Shown piece by piece: positions 1-11,527 of a DNA stretch of 64,000 bases. Within the stretch, counting starts at the first letter, position 1, and every line of letters begins with the position of its first letter. The notes beneath the pieces are model-generated. The model was not told the DNA's origin, did not search any database, and saw nothing but the letters and a program-made list of their open reading frames with translations. The DNA lies in the NCBI RefSeq assembly GCF_056712565.1, contig NZ_CM160072.1; one strand, written 5' to 3'. The translations under genes and the position numbers were made by a program.

Positions 1-877
1 AGCCGCCCAGTGAACCTAAGCAACCCGCAGCTGCGCAGAAGGAAACAATGGCCCCGGCGGTGTCACCCAACGCCATCCGTGCGGCATCACCGAATGGCGA
101 AGCAGAAACGCGCAGTGCGGCATTAGGGATCATCCCCATAATCGCGGTGGTAGAAAGTACATAGCAAACGGCAGCAATCAATACCCCGCCAATGGTGGCG
201 ATAGGGACGTTGCGTTTCGGGTTTTTCACCACACCTGCGGCAACGGAGGCACTTTCCACACCGATGAACGACCACAGCGTAACGTTAAGGGTACTTTGAA
301 TCGCACCGAAGGTGCCCAGGCCGCTGACGTTCCATGCCGCCATATAGGTTTCACCACGGAACCAGAACCAGCCAAATACGGCAATCCCGACGATGGGGAT
401 CAGCGCCAGCACGGTAGCAACGGCCTGTACGCGGGTGATCATTTTCGGACCGACAATGTTCAGCAGGACGAAGATCCACAGCACCACGACGCAGGTGATG
501 GTTAATACCAATGGATCTTTCAGAATCGGGAAGAAGTAACTTAAATATCCTACGCCAATGACCACCATAGCGATATTGCCGATCCAGCAGGCCAGCCAGT
601 AGAGGACGTTGGTTTGATAACCGAGAAACGGGCCAAAGCAGCGGCGGGCGTAAGCGTAAGAACCACCAGGACTTGGGTCGAGGAACGACATTTTGGCGTA
701 TACCATCGAGAGCCCCAGCGCACCGATAATCGTCACCAACCATCCATAAATGGCAATCCCGCCAGTGGAGGCCAGGTTTGCAGGTAACAGAAAAACACCT
801 GACCCCATAATATTCCCCGACACCATCAGGGTGACGGGGATTAAGCCCACTTTGTGAGCATCAGCATCCGAAGACAT
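1..877 (-). CDS. adiC: Arginine:agmatine antiporter AdiC, partial (C-terminal part lies beyond the window start)
   Basis: Minus-strand reading from ATG at 875-877 gives [27 protein letters not shown]..., the AdiC N-terminus; ORF runs off the window edge; adiY/adiA neighbours as in K-12. Confidence 0.9.
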   Translation of the reverse strand, partial: MSSDADAHKVGLIPVTLMVSGNIMGSGVFLLPANLASTGGIAIYGWLVTIIGALGLSMVYAKMSFLDPSPGGSYAYARRCFGPFLGYQTNVLYWLACWIGNIAMVVIGVGYLSYFFPILKDPLVLTITCVVVLWIFVLLNIVGPKMITRVQAVATVLALIPIVGIAVFGWFWFRGETYMAAWNVSGLGTFGAIQSTLNVTLWSFIGVESASVAAGVVKNPKRNVPIATIGGVLIAAVCYVLSTTAIMGMIPNAALRVSASPFGDAARMALGDTAGAIVSFCAAAGCLGSLGG

Positions 878-1013
878 AATTAAACTCCTGCGAAGGCGAG
901 CTTCGTGACAATAAATTACGTCATATCATACGCCTGCATTCGATAGTTGAATTATTATCGGCCGGGTTATCGCTGATGCCGTTATTAATATAGCTCTTCG
1001 TTAAGGTTAAAAA

Positions 1014-1775
1014 TCAGGCGACAGTGCGTTCTCTGTGCTGACTAACATAATGCAGCGGCGTCATACCGTAGAAGTCTTTAAAGACAGAAATAAAGTACGA
1101 CGTACTGTTGTAGCCGCAGGACTGTGATACCTGAGAGATATTTTTACCGTCCATCATTAATTCATTTACGGCATAACGCATGCGGCAGGTGGTGATTATT
1201 TGGCTATAACTGGTGTTTTCGCTTTTCAGCTTTTTCTTTAACAGACTTGGGCTAAGACATAAACAACTGGCTACCATACTAAGATTCCAGTCTTTGTGGA
1301 TATCGCTTTCAATAATTTGATAAACGCTGTCACTTACACAATTACGTAACATATACATCATTAGTGAAAGGAATTTTTTACTGTCGAGAAAACGGGATAG
1401 CACAGTGAATAATAATGCACGTGTTCGTTCCTTTTCTGACTCAGTTTCAGCGGGCATCATGCTATGCTGCGCGGCAACGCGAAAGACGTCTGGCGTCAGG
1501 CATGGCAGGGTGAGGATGGGCGTAGCGCTACGTTGCCATACTGGTATTTGCGAGAGATCTTTATTCAGAAACCGGAGGTAATCTTTGATGATGTCGTGAC
1601 TAATATGAGCAACCAAAGTGTTATTAAGAGAGGAGACGTCGATAATATTATTTTCACAATTTAATAACGCCATGTGGTTAGCTTTAAGGCTAATAGGTTC
1701 TTTCCCATTCACCCTTATCCAGACATCTTTTTCAGTCAATAAAACAATACAAGGTTGGTCGCTGCAAATCCTCAT
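1014..1775 (-). CDS. adiY: AraC-family regulator of the arginine decarboxylase system
   Basis: 253-aa ORF, AraC-type C-terminal HTH, located between adiC and adiA. Confidence 0.9.
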   Translation of the reverse strand: MRICSDQPCIVLLTEKDVWIRVNGKEPISLKANHMALLNCENNIIDVSSLNNTLVAHISHDIIKDYLRFLNKDLSQIPVWQRSATPILTLPCLTPDVFRVAAQHSMMPAETESEKERTRALLFTVLSRFLDSKKFLSLMMYMLRNCVSDSVYQIIESDIHKDWNLSMVASCLCLSPSLLKKKLKSENTSYSQIITTCRMRYAVNELMMDGKNISQVSQSCGYNSTSYFISVFKDFYGMTPLHYVSQHRERTVA

Positions 1776-2110
1776 ACATGTACTCCTGAGTGCGAATAAA
1801 AGACCAGTTCTCGCTAAAGCGAAGCGATACCGGGAAATGGTTATATAATTGTATGATGAATATAAACATGCATAAAAATAACGAGTTTTACTAATATTAC
1901 AAATTTTTATAGTAATTTCTCATGTACATATTTTTTTACAGGCTAAAAAAAGGATAAATAACAGGCAAAAAAAAGCGCGGGGTGGGACCGCGCAAAAAGC
2001 ATGACATTTTTTGTTTGCAGCAATTTTTATGAAAACGTTGCCATACTTAAAAGGCCTCAAGCCAGGCGGCGTAATGTTATTTAACAATTACGCCTTCAGC
2101 GGAATAGTGG

Positions 2111-4378
2111 TTACGCTTTCACACACATAACGTGGTAAATACCGTCAATAATTTCTGTCCCTTCTGTTTCGTGTTCAAATCCAGGGAAATGATGGTCCCA
2201 GGATTGCAGCGAGCGTAAATAACTTACTTGCGGACTGTTTTTATCGCCGAAGTTTTCACCAGACAGCAGCATCGGGATTCCTGGCGGATACGGGATAACT
2301 GAGTTTGCCGCGATACGTCCTGGCAGATTTTCAATGGATACCAGTTCGACATTGTTGTCGACAATCGCGTTGTACGCTTCACGCGGGGTGATTTCCGCCA
2401 CCGGTAGGCCGGAATAGGCTTCATTCAACCGTGCGCCAGGGTTGTTTTCTTTCAGCCAGGCAAACATGGTGTCACCCAGATCGTGAATCCCTATGTTCGC
2501 GTAAGTGTCAGGATATTGTTCAACAAGTTCCGGCATCACCTGCGCCAGCGGTGTGTTGGCATCATAGTGGCGTTTGAAGGAGCAAAGGGTGTTAACCAGA
2601 GTCCCCCATTTCCCACGGGTCACGCCCATAGAGAACAGGAACATAATCTGGAAGTCAGTGGTACGGGTAGGCACAATGCCGTGGCGACCAAGCCAGGCTG
2701 TGACCAGCGCCGCCGGAACACCGGTTTCTTCCAGTTCACCATCTTCACCCATTCCCGGAGCAAGGATGCTGACTTTAATCGGGTCGAGCATACTCCAGTT
2801 ATCCGGAATATCTTTGAAGCCGTGCCAGCTTTCGCCCGGATGCATGACCCAGCAGTCCTGAACGGTGGTCAGCAGTTTGGTTGGTGCGTCAGCAAAGTCA
2901 TAGGTTTTGCCGGTTTGTGGGTCGGTGACGACTTCTTTGTTCCACGGTTTGAAGAACCAGCTACCGTCAGCGGTGAACTCTTTATACAGCCGCGCCATCG
3001 CCTGACGGAAATCAACCGCTTCGTCGATCACTTCCTGGGTCAGTGACAGGCCGCTGTTGCCGTCCATCATCGACACTGCCACGTCGTTGGATGCGCAGAT
3101 GGCATACAGCGGGGAGGTGGTGGCATGCATCATGTAGGCCTGGTTGAAGCGGGAGAAGTTAATCGCCCCACGACCTTCACGTACATGAATATAAGAGGCC
3201 TGGGACAGCGCATTCAGCAGTTTGTGGGTGGAGTGGGTGGCGAAAACGGTAGGACCGTTGTGATCGCCAGGTTCGCCGCGCATGGCATAGTGATCGGCAT
3301 AGATCGGGTTGAAACGTGCATAGCCGTACCAGGCTTCGTCAAAGTGCAGACGATCGGAGGTTTTTTCCAGCAGATCCTGCGCTTCTTTAGCGTTATAACA
3401 CACGCCGTCATAGGTACAGTTGGTCACCACGCAGTAAGACGGTTTTTGCCCGACTTTGTCTTTGGTCAGCGGGCTTTCACTGATTTTCTTCTGCAAGGTT
3501 TCAGGTTGCATTTCCTGCGGATAGATTGGCCCGATAATGCCGTAGCGGTTGCGGCTTGGCACCATGTAGACCGGTTTCGCGCCTGTCAGCATCAAGCCTT
3601 GTTCGATGGATTTATGGCAGTTACGGTCAACGACCACGACATCGTTATCGGTCATGCAAGCCTGCATGATGGTGCGGTTAGAGCCGGAAGTACCGACGAC
3701 TACCGACCAGGAGCGATCGGCACCAAATACGCGTGCGGCATATCTTTCGCTTTCGCCAAATGCGCCAGTATGGTCAAGCAAAGAACCGAGGGAAGTGCGT
3801 TCGATGCCCATGTCGGTGCGGAACAGATTTTCACCATAGTAGTCATGGTAGAAACGTCCGGCGGGTGTTTTGGTAAAACCAACGCCGCCCTGGTGGCCTG
3901 GCGCTGCCCAGGAATATTCATGGATGTCGCTATATTTCATCAGCGCGCTGAACAGTGGCGGCAATAGCTGCTGGCGGTAGCGGGTCATCGCGGCAACGGC
4001 GCGTCCGGCGATAAAGTCGGCAGTATCTTCCAGAATCCAGGCGAATTCATCGACAAGCTCCAGCAGGTCGCGATCCATTGCGGCGAGGGCTTTTTCCCGA
4101 TCGCCCAACAGGAAGACCGGCACGTTTTGTTGGCGCTCATGAAGCTTACCGATCAATTGTCTGACGTTTTGATGTTCGTCCGGATGTTCCATTTGATAGC
4201 TGAACATCAGGCAGTCAATGGCTTCGTTTGAAGAGAGAATGGCAAAACCATCATCAAAGGAGGTGGATTTAATCACGGTAACATTTTGCTGGCTTAAAGC
4301 ATCTGCCAGACGCTCAACGGCGTTACCGACCCAGGTGTCTTGATGGAGAAACTCGCTTTCAACAATTAATACTTTCAT
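2111..4378 (-). CDS. adiA: Biodegradative arginine decarboxylase (PLP-dependent, acid resistance)
   Basis: ORF track 756 aa starting MMKVLIVESEF; canonical start taken at second Met (755 aa); fold-type I decarboxylase paralogous to cadA. Confidence 0.95.
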   Translation of the reverse strand: MKVLIVESEFLHQDTWVGNAVERLADALSQQNVTVIKSTSFDDGFAILSSNEAIDCLMFSYQMEHPDEHQNVRQLIGKLHERQQNVPVFLLGDREKALAAMDRDLLELVDEFAWILEDTADFIAGRAVAAMTRYRQQLLPPLFSALMKYSDIHEYSWAAPGHQGGVGFTKTPAGRFYHDYYGENLFRTDMGIERTSLGSLLDHTGAFGESERYAARVFGADRSWSVVVGTSGSNRTIMQACMTDNDVVVVDRNCHKSIEQGLMLTGAKPVYMVPSRNRYGIIGPIYPQEMQPETLQKKISESPLTKDKVGQKPSYCVVTNCTYDGVCYNAKEAQDLLEKTSDRLHFDEAWYGYARFNPIYADHYAMRGEPGDHNGPTVFATHSTHKLLNALSQASYIHVREGRGAINFSRFNQAYMMHATTSPLYAICASNDVAVSMMDGNSGLSLTQEVIDEAVDFRQAMARLYKEFTADGSWFFKPWNKEVVTDPQTGKTYDFADAPTKLLTTVQDCWVMHPGESWHGFKDIPDNWSMLDPIKVSILAPGMGEDGELEETGVPAALVTAWLGRHGIVPTRTTDFQIMFLFSMGVTRGKWGTLVNTLCSFKRHYDANTPLAQVMPELVEQYPDTYANIGIHDLGDTMFAWLKENNPGARLNEAYSGLPVAEITPREAYNAIVDNNVELVSIENLPGRIAANSVIPYPPGIPMLLSGENFGDKNSPQVSYLRSLQSWDHHFPGFEHETEGTEIIDGIYHVMCVKA

Positions 4379-4576
4379 CATTGCTTACCCGGTTATGAAG
4401 GAATCTTCGTTGCGGGCAAGTATCTTCCGGCCTTTTCGGGCTGTAAAGCGCGTGAAAAACAAACATTTTTGAAATATTTATTTTTATAAACAACACGTTA
4501 TGTGATTATTTTAAATTATTTTCACTGCTTATTATCGACGGCTAAACTATTTTTTTGGCTGATACTGATATCGTCT

Positions 4577-5485
4577 TTAGCCGGGAAACGTCTGGCGGCG
4601 CTGTTGGCTAAGTTTGCGGTATTGTTGCGGCGACATGCCGACATATTTGCCGAACGTGCTGTAAAAACGGCTACTCGAACGAAAGCCTGCCGTCAGGGCA
4701 ATATCGAGAATACTTTTATCGGTATCGCTCAGTAACGCGCGAACGTGGTTGATGCGCATCGCGGTAATGTACTGTTTCATCGTCAATTGCATGACCCGCT
4801 GGAATATCCCCATTGCATAGTTGGCGTTAAGTTTGACGTGCTCAGCCACATCGTTGATGGTCAGCGCCTGATCATAGTTTTCGGCAATAAAGCCCAGCAT
4901 CTGGCTGACATAAAATTGCGCATGGCGCGAGACGCTGTTTTTGTGTGTGCGCGAGGTTTTATTGACCAGAATCGGTTCCCAGCCAGAGAGGCTAAATCGC
5001 TTGAGCATCAGGCCAATTTCATCAATGGCGAGCTGGCGAATTTGCTCGTTCTGACTGTTTAATTCCTGCTGCCAGCGGCGCACTTCAAACGGGCTAAGTT
5101 GCTGTGTCGCCAGTGATTTGATCACCATGCCGTGAGTGACGTGGTTAATCAGGTCTTTATCCAGCGGCCAGGAGAGAAACAGATGCATCGGCAGATTAAA
5201 AATCGCCATGCTCTGACAGGTTCCGGTATCTGTTAGTTGGTGCGGTGTACAGGCCCAGAACAGCGTGATATGACCCTGATTGATATTCACTTTTTCATTG
5301 TTGATCAGGTATTCCACATCGCCATCGAAAGGCACATTCACTTCGACCTGACCATGCCAGTGGCTGGTGGGCATGATATGCGGTGCGCGAAACTCAATTT
5401 CCATCCGCTGGTATTCTGAATACAGCGACAGTGGGCTACGGGTCTGCTTTTCGTCGCTGCTGCACATAAACGTATCTGTATTCAT
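4577..5485 (-). CDS. melR: Melibiose operon AraC-family activator
   Basis: 302-aa ORF with C-terminal AraC HTH, divergent from melA. Confidence 0.9.
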   Translation of the reverse strand: MNTDTFMCSSDEKQTRSPLSLYSEYQRMEIEFRAPHIMPTSHWHGQVEVNVPFDGDVEYLINNEKVNINQGHITLFWACTPHQLTDTGTCQSMAIFNLPMHLFLSWPLDKDLINHVTHGMVIKSLATQQLSPFEVRRWQQELNSQNEQIRQLAIDEIGLMLKRFSLSGWEPILVNKTSRTHKNSVSRHAQFYVSQMLGFIAENYDQALTINDVAEHVKLNANYAMGIFQRVMQLTMKQYITAMRINHVRALLSDTDKSILDIALTAGFRSSSRFYSTFGKYVGMSPQQYRKLSQQRRQTFPG

Positions 5486-5767
5486 GGATGACTCTCTTTC
5501 CTGGAATATCAGAATTATGGCAGGAGTGAGGGAGGATGACTGCGAACAGGCGCACGGTTTTATTCCTCTCCCTGGAGGTGCGAGGAGAGCGGATGAGAAG
5601 ATTTGGGTCGATTATTCAGCTTTTCAGGTAATTTATTCCCATAAACTCAGATCTATTGATGTGCCACTTAGGATCTGAGTTTTCGGGAATGCTCAACCGG
5701 GAAACCGGAGGTTTTCTGCGATATCGCCTGCCATGATGAAGTTATTCAAGCAAGCCAGGAGATCTGC
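5486..5767. promoter_or_regulatory. Divergent melR / melA promoter-operator region (MelR and CRP sites expected from K-12 knowledge; individual sites not mapped here)
   Basis: Intergenic region between divergent melR and melA; sites assigned from established K-12 biology, not located in the sequence. Confidence 0.4.
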
Positions 5768-7123
5768 ATGATGTCTGCACCCAAAATTACATTTATCGGC
5801 GCTGGTTCGACGATTTTCGTTAAAAATATTCTTGGTGATGTGTTCCATCGAGAGGCGCTGAAAACGGCGCATATTGCCCTGATGGATATCGATCCCACCC
5901 GCCTGGAAGAGTCGCACATTGTGGTGCGTAAGCTGATGGATTCAGCAGGGGCCAGCGGCAAAATCACCTGCCACACCCAACAGAAAGAAGCCTTACAGGA
6001 TGCTGATTTTGTGGTGGTGGCATTTCAGATTGGCGGTTATGAACCTTGCACGGTGACTGATTTCGAGGTCTGTAAGCGGCATGGTCTGGAACAAACCATT
6101 GCCGATACGCTGGGGCCGGGCGGCATTATGCGTGCGCTACGTACCATTCCGCACCTGTGGCAGATTTGCGAGGACATGACGGAAGTCTGCCCCGATGCCA
6201 CCATGCTCAACTACGTTAATCCAATGGCGATGAATACCTGGGCGATGTATGCCCGCTATCCGCATATCAAGCAGGTAGGGCTGTGCCATTCGGTGCAGGG
6301 AACGGCGGAAGAGCTGGCGCGTGACCTCAATATCGACCCGGCTACGCTGCGTTACCGTTGCGCAGGTATCAACCATATGGCGTTTTACCTGGAACTGGAG
6401 CGCAAAACCGCCGACGGCAGTTACGTGAATCTCTACCCGGAACTGCTGGCGGCTTATGAAGCAGGGCAGGCACCGAAGCCAAATATTCATGGTAATACTC
6501 GCTGCCAGAATATTGTGCGTTACGAAATGTTCAAAAAGCTGGGCTACTTCGTCACAGAATCGTCAGAACATTTTGCTGAGTACACACCGTGGTTTATTAA
6601 GCCAGGTCGTGAGGATTTGATTGAGCGTTATAAAGTACCGCTGGATGAGTACCCGAAACGCTGCGTCGAGCAGCTGGCGAACTGGCATAAAGAGCTGGAG
6701 GAGTATAAAAACGCCTCCCGGATTGATATTAAACCGTCACGGGAATATGCCAGCACAATCATGAACGCTATCTGGACTGGCGAGCCGAGTGTGATTTATG
6801 GCAATGTCCGTAACGATGGCTTGATTGATAACCTGCCACAAGGATGTTGCGTGGAAGTGGCCTGTCTGGTTGATGCTAATGGCATTCAGCCGACCAAAGC
6901 CGGTACGCTACCTTCGCATCTGGCCGCCCTGATGCAAACCAACATCAACGTACAGACGCTGCTGACAGAAGCTATTCTTACGGAAAATCGCGACCGTGTT
7001 TACCACGCCGCGATGATGGACCCGCATACTGCCGCCGTGCTGGGCATTGACGAAATATATGCTCTTGTTGACGACCTGATTGCCGCCCACGGCGACTGGC
7101 TGCCAGGCTGGTTGCACCGTTAA
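5768..7123 (+). CDS. melA: Alpha-galactosidase (NAD/Mn-dependent, GH4)
   Basis: 451-aa ORF MMSAPKITFIGAGSTIF..., Rossmann N-terminus typical of GH4; stop TAA at 7121-7123. Confidence 0.95.
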   Translation: MMSAPKITFIGAGSTIFVKNILGDVFHREALKTAHIALMDIDPTRLEESHIVVRKLMDSAGASGKITCHTQQKEALQDADFVVVAFQIGGYEPCTVTDFEVCKRHGLEQTIADTLGPGGIMRALRTIPHLWQICEDMTEVCPDATMLNYVNPMAMNTWAMYARYPHIKQVGLCHSVQGTAEELARDLNIDPATLRYRCAGINHMAFYLELERKTADGSYVNLYPELLAAYEAGQAPKPNIHGNTRCQNIVRYEMFKKLGYFVTESSEHFAEYTPWFIKPGREDLIERYKVPLDEYPKRCVEQLANWHKELEEYKNASRIDIKPSREYASTIMNAIWTGEPSVIYGNVRNDGLIDNLPQGCCVEVACLVDANGIQPTKAGTLPSHLAALMQTNINVQTLLTEAILTENRDRVYHAAMMDPHTAAVLGIDEIYALVDDLIAAHGDWLPGWLHR

Positions 7124-7770
7124 GGGGTAATCGCTTCCGGCGCTCTGGTGATTAAGCCAAAGCGCCGTAGCTGGCGGCAATGAAAGCGGGCGAGGAATAT
7201 CACCGTCGTTAATGCGCCCAGTAGTGCGCAGAACATATCGGATTGCGTATCCCACGGGTCGCCTTGAGTACCGAGAAAATCATCTGCGCCCTGGCCCATT
7301 GCCAGCGCTGCCCACCACTCGATTAACTCATACATCGCGCTTATCGCCAGCGCGACACAACAGACCAGAAACGCCACCATTTTACGCCCGCGAACGTACA
7401 TCCCGCGCACGAGGATCTCTCGTGCCACCAGTGCAGGCACCAGCCCCTGGAAAAAATGCCCCAGTTTATCATACGGATTACGGCTCAACCCCAGCCATTC
7501 CTGCACCTCAAAACCAACGGGGACTTTCGCGTAGGTGTATTGCCCGCCGACCATCAGGATGATGGCGTGAAAGAAAATGAGCGTATAGAGCAGCGGCGTT
7601 AACGGGTAACGTTTAGCGGTGGCAAGCAGTAGCGGCACGACAATAATCACCGGTGTCACTTCCATCAGCCAGGTGAGTTTGTCATGGGCCGAAATGCCGG
7701 TATAAATCAGGATTAACGTTAGCGCCAGTGCGCCGGTGTTAAGAATTAACGGCTTGAGTGTGCGGGTCAT
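7120..7770 (-). CDS. yjdF: Inner membrane protein YjdF-like (216 aa); stop codon overlaps melA stop
   Basis: Hydrophobic 216-aa ORF MTRTLKPLILNTGALALTLILIY...; convergent with melA, sharing TTAA at 7120-7123. Confidence 0.75.
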   Translation of the reverse strand: MTRTLKPLILNTGALALTLILIYTGISAHDKLTWLMEVTPVIIVVPLLLATAKRYPLTPLLYTLIFFHAIILMVGGQYTYAKVPVGFEVQEWLGLSRNPYDKLGHFFQGLVPALVAREILVRGMYVRGRKMVAFLVCCVALAISAMYELIEWWAALAMGQGADDFLGTQGDPWDTQSDMFCALLGALTTVIFLARFHCRQLRRFGLITRAPEAITP

Positions 7771-7892
7771 GGTGAGTTCGCAAGTCAGGGAAAATACTGA
7801 CTATTGACCAGTAAGCGTGAAATTACAATCGCAAAAGAGGTGGCCCAGGGGGATCACCTGGCAGCATGCTGCCAGGCGCTGGGCCGAAGAGG

Positions 7893-9539
7893 TTACTTAG
7901 TGCAGTTCGCGCACTGTTTGTTGACGATCTGCTGGAAGAAGTCGTTACCTTTGTCATCGACCAGGATAAACGCCGGGAAATCTTCTACTTCGATTTTCCA
8001 GATAGCTTCCATACCCAGCTCCGGATAAGCGACGCATTCCAGATGCTTGATGCTCTGCTGCGCCAGTACCGCCGCCGGACCGCCGATGCTACCGAGGTAG
8101 AAGCCGCCGTGTTTATGGCACGCGTCGGTAACCTGCTGGCTGCGGTTACCTTTCGCCAGCATGATCATGCTGCCGCCGTGGGATTGCAGCAGATCCACGT
8201 AGGAGTCCATACGACCTGCGGTGGTTGGGCCAAGTGAACCTGATGGATAACCGGCAGGCGTTTTCGCCGGACCCGCGTAGTAGATCGGGTGATCTTTGAT
8301 GTACTGCGGCAGTTCTTTACCGGCGTCAATCAGCTCTTTCAGCTTGGCGTGTGCAATATCGCGACCCACGATAATGGTGCCGGTGAGCGACAAGCGGGTG
8401 GATACCGGGTATTGCGAAAGCTGGGCAAGGATCTCTTTCATCGGGCGGTTAAGGTCGACTTTCACTGCTTCGCCTTCACCTGCCTGACGCAGTTCTTCTG
8501 GAATGTACTGGCCTGGATTGTGTTCCAGTTTTTCGATCCAGATACCTTCGCGGTTGATTTTCGCTTTAATGTTACGGTCAGCGGAGCAGGAGACTCCCAT
8601 GCCTACCGGGCAGGATGCGCCGTGACGTGGCAGACGGATAACGCGGATGTCGTGCGCGAAGTATTTACCGCCAAACTGCGCGCCAAGACCGAGTTTCTGG
8701 GCCTCTTCCAGCAGTTCCTGTTCCAGCTGGATATCGCGGAACGCCTGACCATGTTCGTTCCCTTCCGTCGGCAGTTCATCGTAATAGTGAGCGCTTGCTA
8801 ACTTGACGGTTTTCAGGTTGGTTTCCGCAGACGTACCGCCAATCACAAACGCGATATGGTACGGCGGGCAGGCTGCAGTACCGAGGGTACGCATTTTCTC
8901 GACGAGGAAGTTTTTCAGTTTGCCGGGCGTCAGCAGGGCTTTGGTTTCCTGGTAGAGATACGTTTTGTTGGCAGAGCCGCCGCCTTTAGCGACACAGAGG
9001 AATTTGTACTCATCGCCATCTACCGCGTACAGGTCGATTTGCGCAGGCAGGTTCGTGCCGGTGTTGACCTCTTTATACATGTCCAGCGGCGCGTTCTGTG
9101 AATAGCGCAGGTTATCTTCGATATAGGTGTTATAGACGCCTTTCGACAGCGCTTCTTCATCACCGCCACCGGTCCACACGCGCTGACCTTTTTTACCGAC
9201 GATGATCGCGGTGCCGGTATCCTGGCAGGTCGGCAGCACGCCTTTAGCGGCGATTTCGGAGTTTCTTAAGAATTGCAGCGCCACGTACTTGTCGTTTTCG
9301 CTGGCTTCTGGATCGTGAAGAATAGCCGCAACCTGTTTCTGGTGTGCCGGGCGGAGCATGAAAGAAGCGTCGTGAAAGGCTTGCTGCGCCAGCAGGGTCA
9401 GGGCTTCTGGTTCCACTTTCAGGATGGTTTCGCCGTCGAAGTCGGCAACGCTAACGTAATCAGAAGTGAGTAGATAGTATTCGGTATTGTCTTTCCCCAT
9501 CGGGAAAGGTGCCTGGTAGATAAAGGGTTTGTTTGACAT
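7893..9539 (-). CDS. fumB: Class I (Fe-S) fumarate hydratase, anaerobic
   Basis: 548-aa [27 protein letters not shown]...; adjacent to dcuB as in K-12. Confidence 0.95.
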   Translation of the reverse strand: MSNKPFIYQAPFPMGKDNTEYYLLTSDYVSVADFDGETILKVEPEALTLLAQQAFHDASFMLRPAHQKQVAAILHDPEASENDKYVALQFLRNSEIAAKGVLPTCQDTGTAIIVGKKGQRVWTGGGDEEALSKGVYNTYIEDNLRYSQNAPLDMYKEVNTGTNLPAQIDLYAVDGDEYKFLCVAKGGGSANKTYLYQETKALLTPGKLKNFLVEKMRTLGTAACPPYHIAFVIGGTSAETNLKTVKLASAHYYDELPTEGNEHGQAFRDIQLEQELLEEAQKLGLGAQFGGKYFAHDIRVIRLPRHGASCPVGMGVSCSADRNIKAKINREGIWIEKLEHNPGQYIPEELRQAGEGEAVKVDLNRPMKEILAQLSQYPVSTRLSLTGTIIVGRDIAHAKLKELIDAGKELPQYIKDHPIYYAGPAKTPAGYPSGSLGPTTAGRMDSYVDLLQSHGGSMIMLAKGNRSQQVTDACHKHGGFYLGSIGGPAAVLAQQSIKHLECVAYPELGMEAIWKIEVEDFPAFILVDDKGNDFFQQIVNKQCANCTK

Positions 9540-9616
9540 AGCTTCCAGCCTGTAACTCTGTATTTGTTATTCGAAAATGGCGTGCCGCGTAGTCACGGGC
9601 GGCACGCAAAGTGCAT

Positions 9617-10957
9617 TTATAAGAACCCGTACATCGCGGCGAAGATCCAGCCGAAGACGCACGATACGCTCACACCAATCAACCCCGGCAGAATAAAGCT
9701 GTGGTTGATGACGAAGCGACCGATGTGGGTGGTGCCGGAACGGTCAAACTGAATCGCTGCCAGATCGCTCGGATAAGTCGGCAGGATGTAATAACCGTAG
9801 CAAGCCGGTGCTGAAGCCACGATGTATGCCGGATCAACGCCGATCGCCAGCGCGACCGGAACAATCGCCGCCAGCGCCGCAGCCTGAGAGTTTACAAACT
9901 TGGAAACCAGCAGCAGAACAATGGCATAGGCCCACGGATACTCTTTCACCATTTCACCCAGTACGCCCTGAATTTCAGACATATGCGCACCGAACATGGT
10001 TTCAGCCATCCATGCGATACCGTACACCGCCACGATGGCGATCATACCGGAACGGAAGACTTCGTTTTTTGAGATAGACGCGGGATTGGTTTTGGTCAGG
10101 ATAATAATCAGCGCCCCGGTCAGCAGCATAAACATCTGAATAACCAGTACCATCGACAGCGGTTTGCCGCCGAAGGATGGACGCAGGTCCGAATCAGCAC
10201 CAAGAAGGGCGACTACAGCGATTGCCCCGAGGAAGATCCACATTGCCAGCCAGTTGCTTTTCGGCAGTTTTTTATCCAGCAGCGTCGCGGTATCACCGTA
10301 AACATACTCACGGTTTTCCGGTACGGAGATGAATTTTTGGAACTCTTCGTCTTTATCCAGATCTTTACCGCGGAACCAGCTGAAGATACCGATCGCCAGG
10401 ATACCGATTAACGTCGATGGAATGGTGATTGCCAGCAGGTCGAGGAACTCAAGATGGCGACCATCAAAGGTGACATTACCCAGCATCGCAACCAAAGATA
10501 CGACCGCAACCGACACCGGACTGGCGATAATCCCCATCTGTGCACCGATAGAACTTGCCGCCATCGGACGTTCCGGACGGATGTTGTTCTTAATAGCAAC
10601 GTCGTAGATGATCGGCAGAATGGTGTAAACCACATGACCCGTACCGCAAAGAATGGTCAGCGTACAGGTCACAAACGGCGCGACAATTGAGACATATTTC
10701 GGGTTGCGACGCAGCAGCTTCTCGGCAATTTGCAGCATGACATCAAGACCGCCCGAAGCTTGCAAGGTCGCCGATGCCGCCACCACCGCAATGATAACCA
10801 GCATGACATCAACCGGTGGTTTACCTGGCTGAAGGTGGAAGACGAAGACCAGAATGACCAGACCGATACCGCCTAATAAACCCAGCGCGATACCCCCCTT
10901 TCTGGCACCATAAAACAGACATATCAGTATTATGATAAGTTGGATAGTAAATAACAT
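9617..10957 (-). CDS. dcuB: Anaerobic C4-dicarboxylate transporter
   Basis: 446-aa polytopic membrane [25 protein letters not shown]... Confidence 0.95.
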
Positions 10958-11527
10958 GTGTGAACCCTCGCGATAATCCTATTTAAATTTTTGCTGAATA
11001 GATCACAGTCACGTTCTGTTTTGTATGAACTGTTTTCAGAGCCTGACTAAATATCCGTTTGGTCGTTACCGGCTTGAGCAAATACCTCACAGTGAATATT
11101 GGCTGATTAAAGCAGCGGCAAATTTATGCACTGTGATAAGCGGCTTTTTCAGAGAGAAAGACTCTCTGGCGATGGGTTTATAGTTTGTACAGCGCAGATG
11201 TTAATGTTTTGTTTGCTGTTATCTTATTGATATTTATCGGTCTGTTTTTTGTTCTCAGGGCAGGTATCATTAGGTTTATAGATTAATCTGATCTACCCAT
11301 TTGTGGGTAAAAATACACATAATGTGGGTGACATAATAGTTAATTAACTTTTGTTAGCGTTTTGAAATTAAAAACACCGTTCATCTGAAGAGATATTAAT
11401 TTTTAGCGATGATGGAGGGATAATTATATTTGATCTGGCACAAGTTTTACTGATGAACGATGTAACTTGTGCCAGGGGGATTTTGCATTACGGTAATAAT
11501 TATTACTTACAGATAACCAGCGATCCG

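Noticed and set aside
2483-3967. Plus-strand ORFs of 187, 95 and 280 aa inside adiA
   Set aside because: Antisense shadow ORFs within a well-supported highly conserved gene; Ala/Gly/Arg-rich composition typical of reverse-strand artefacts
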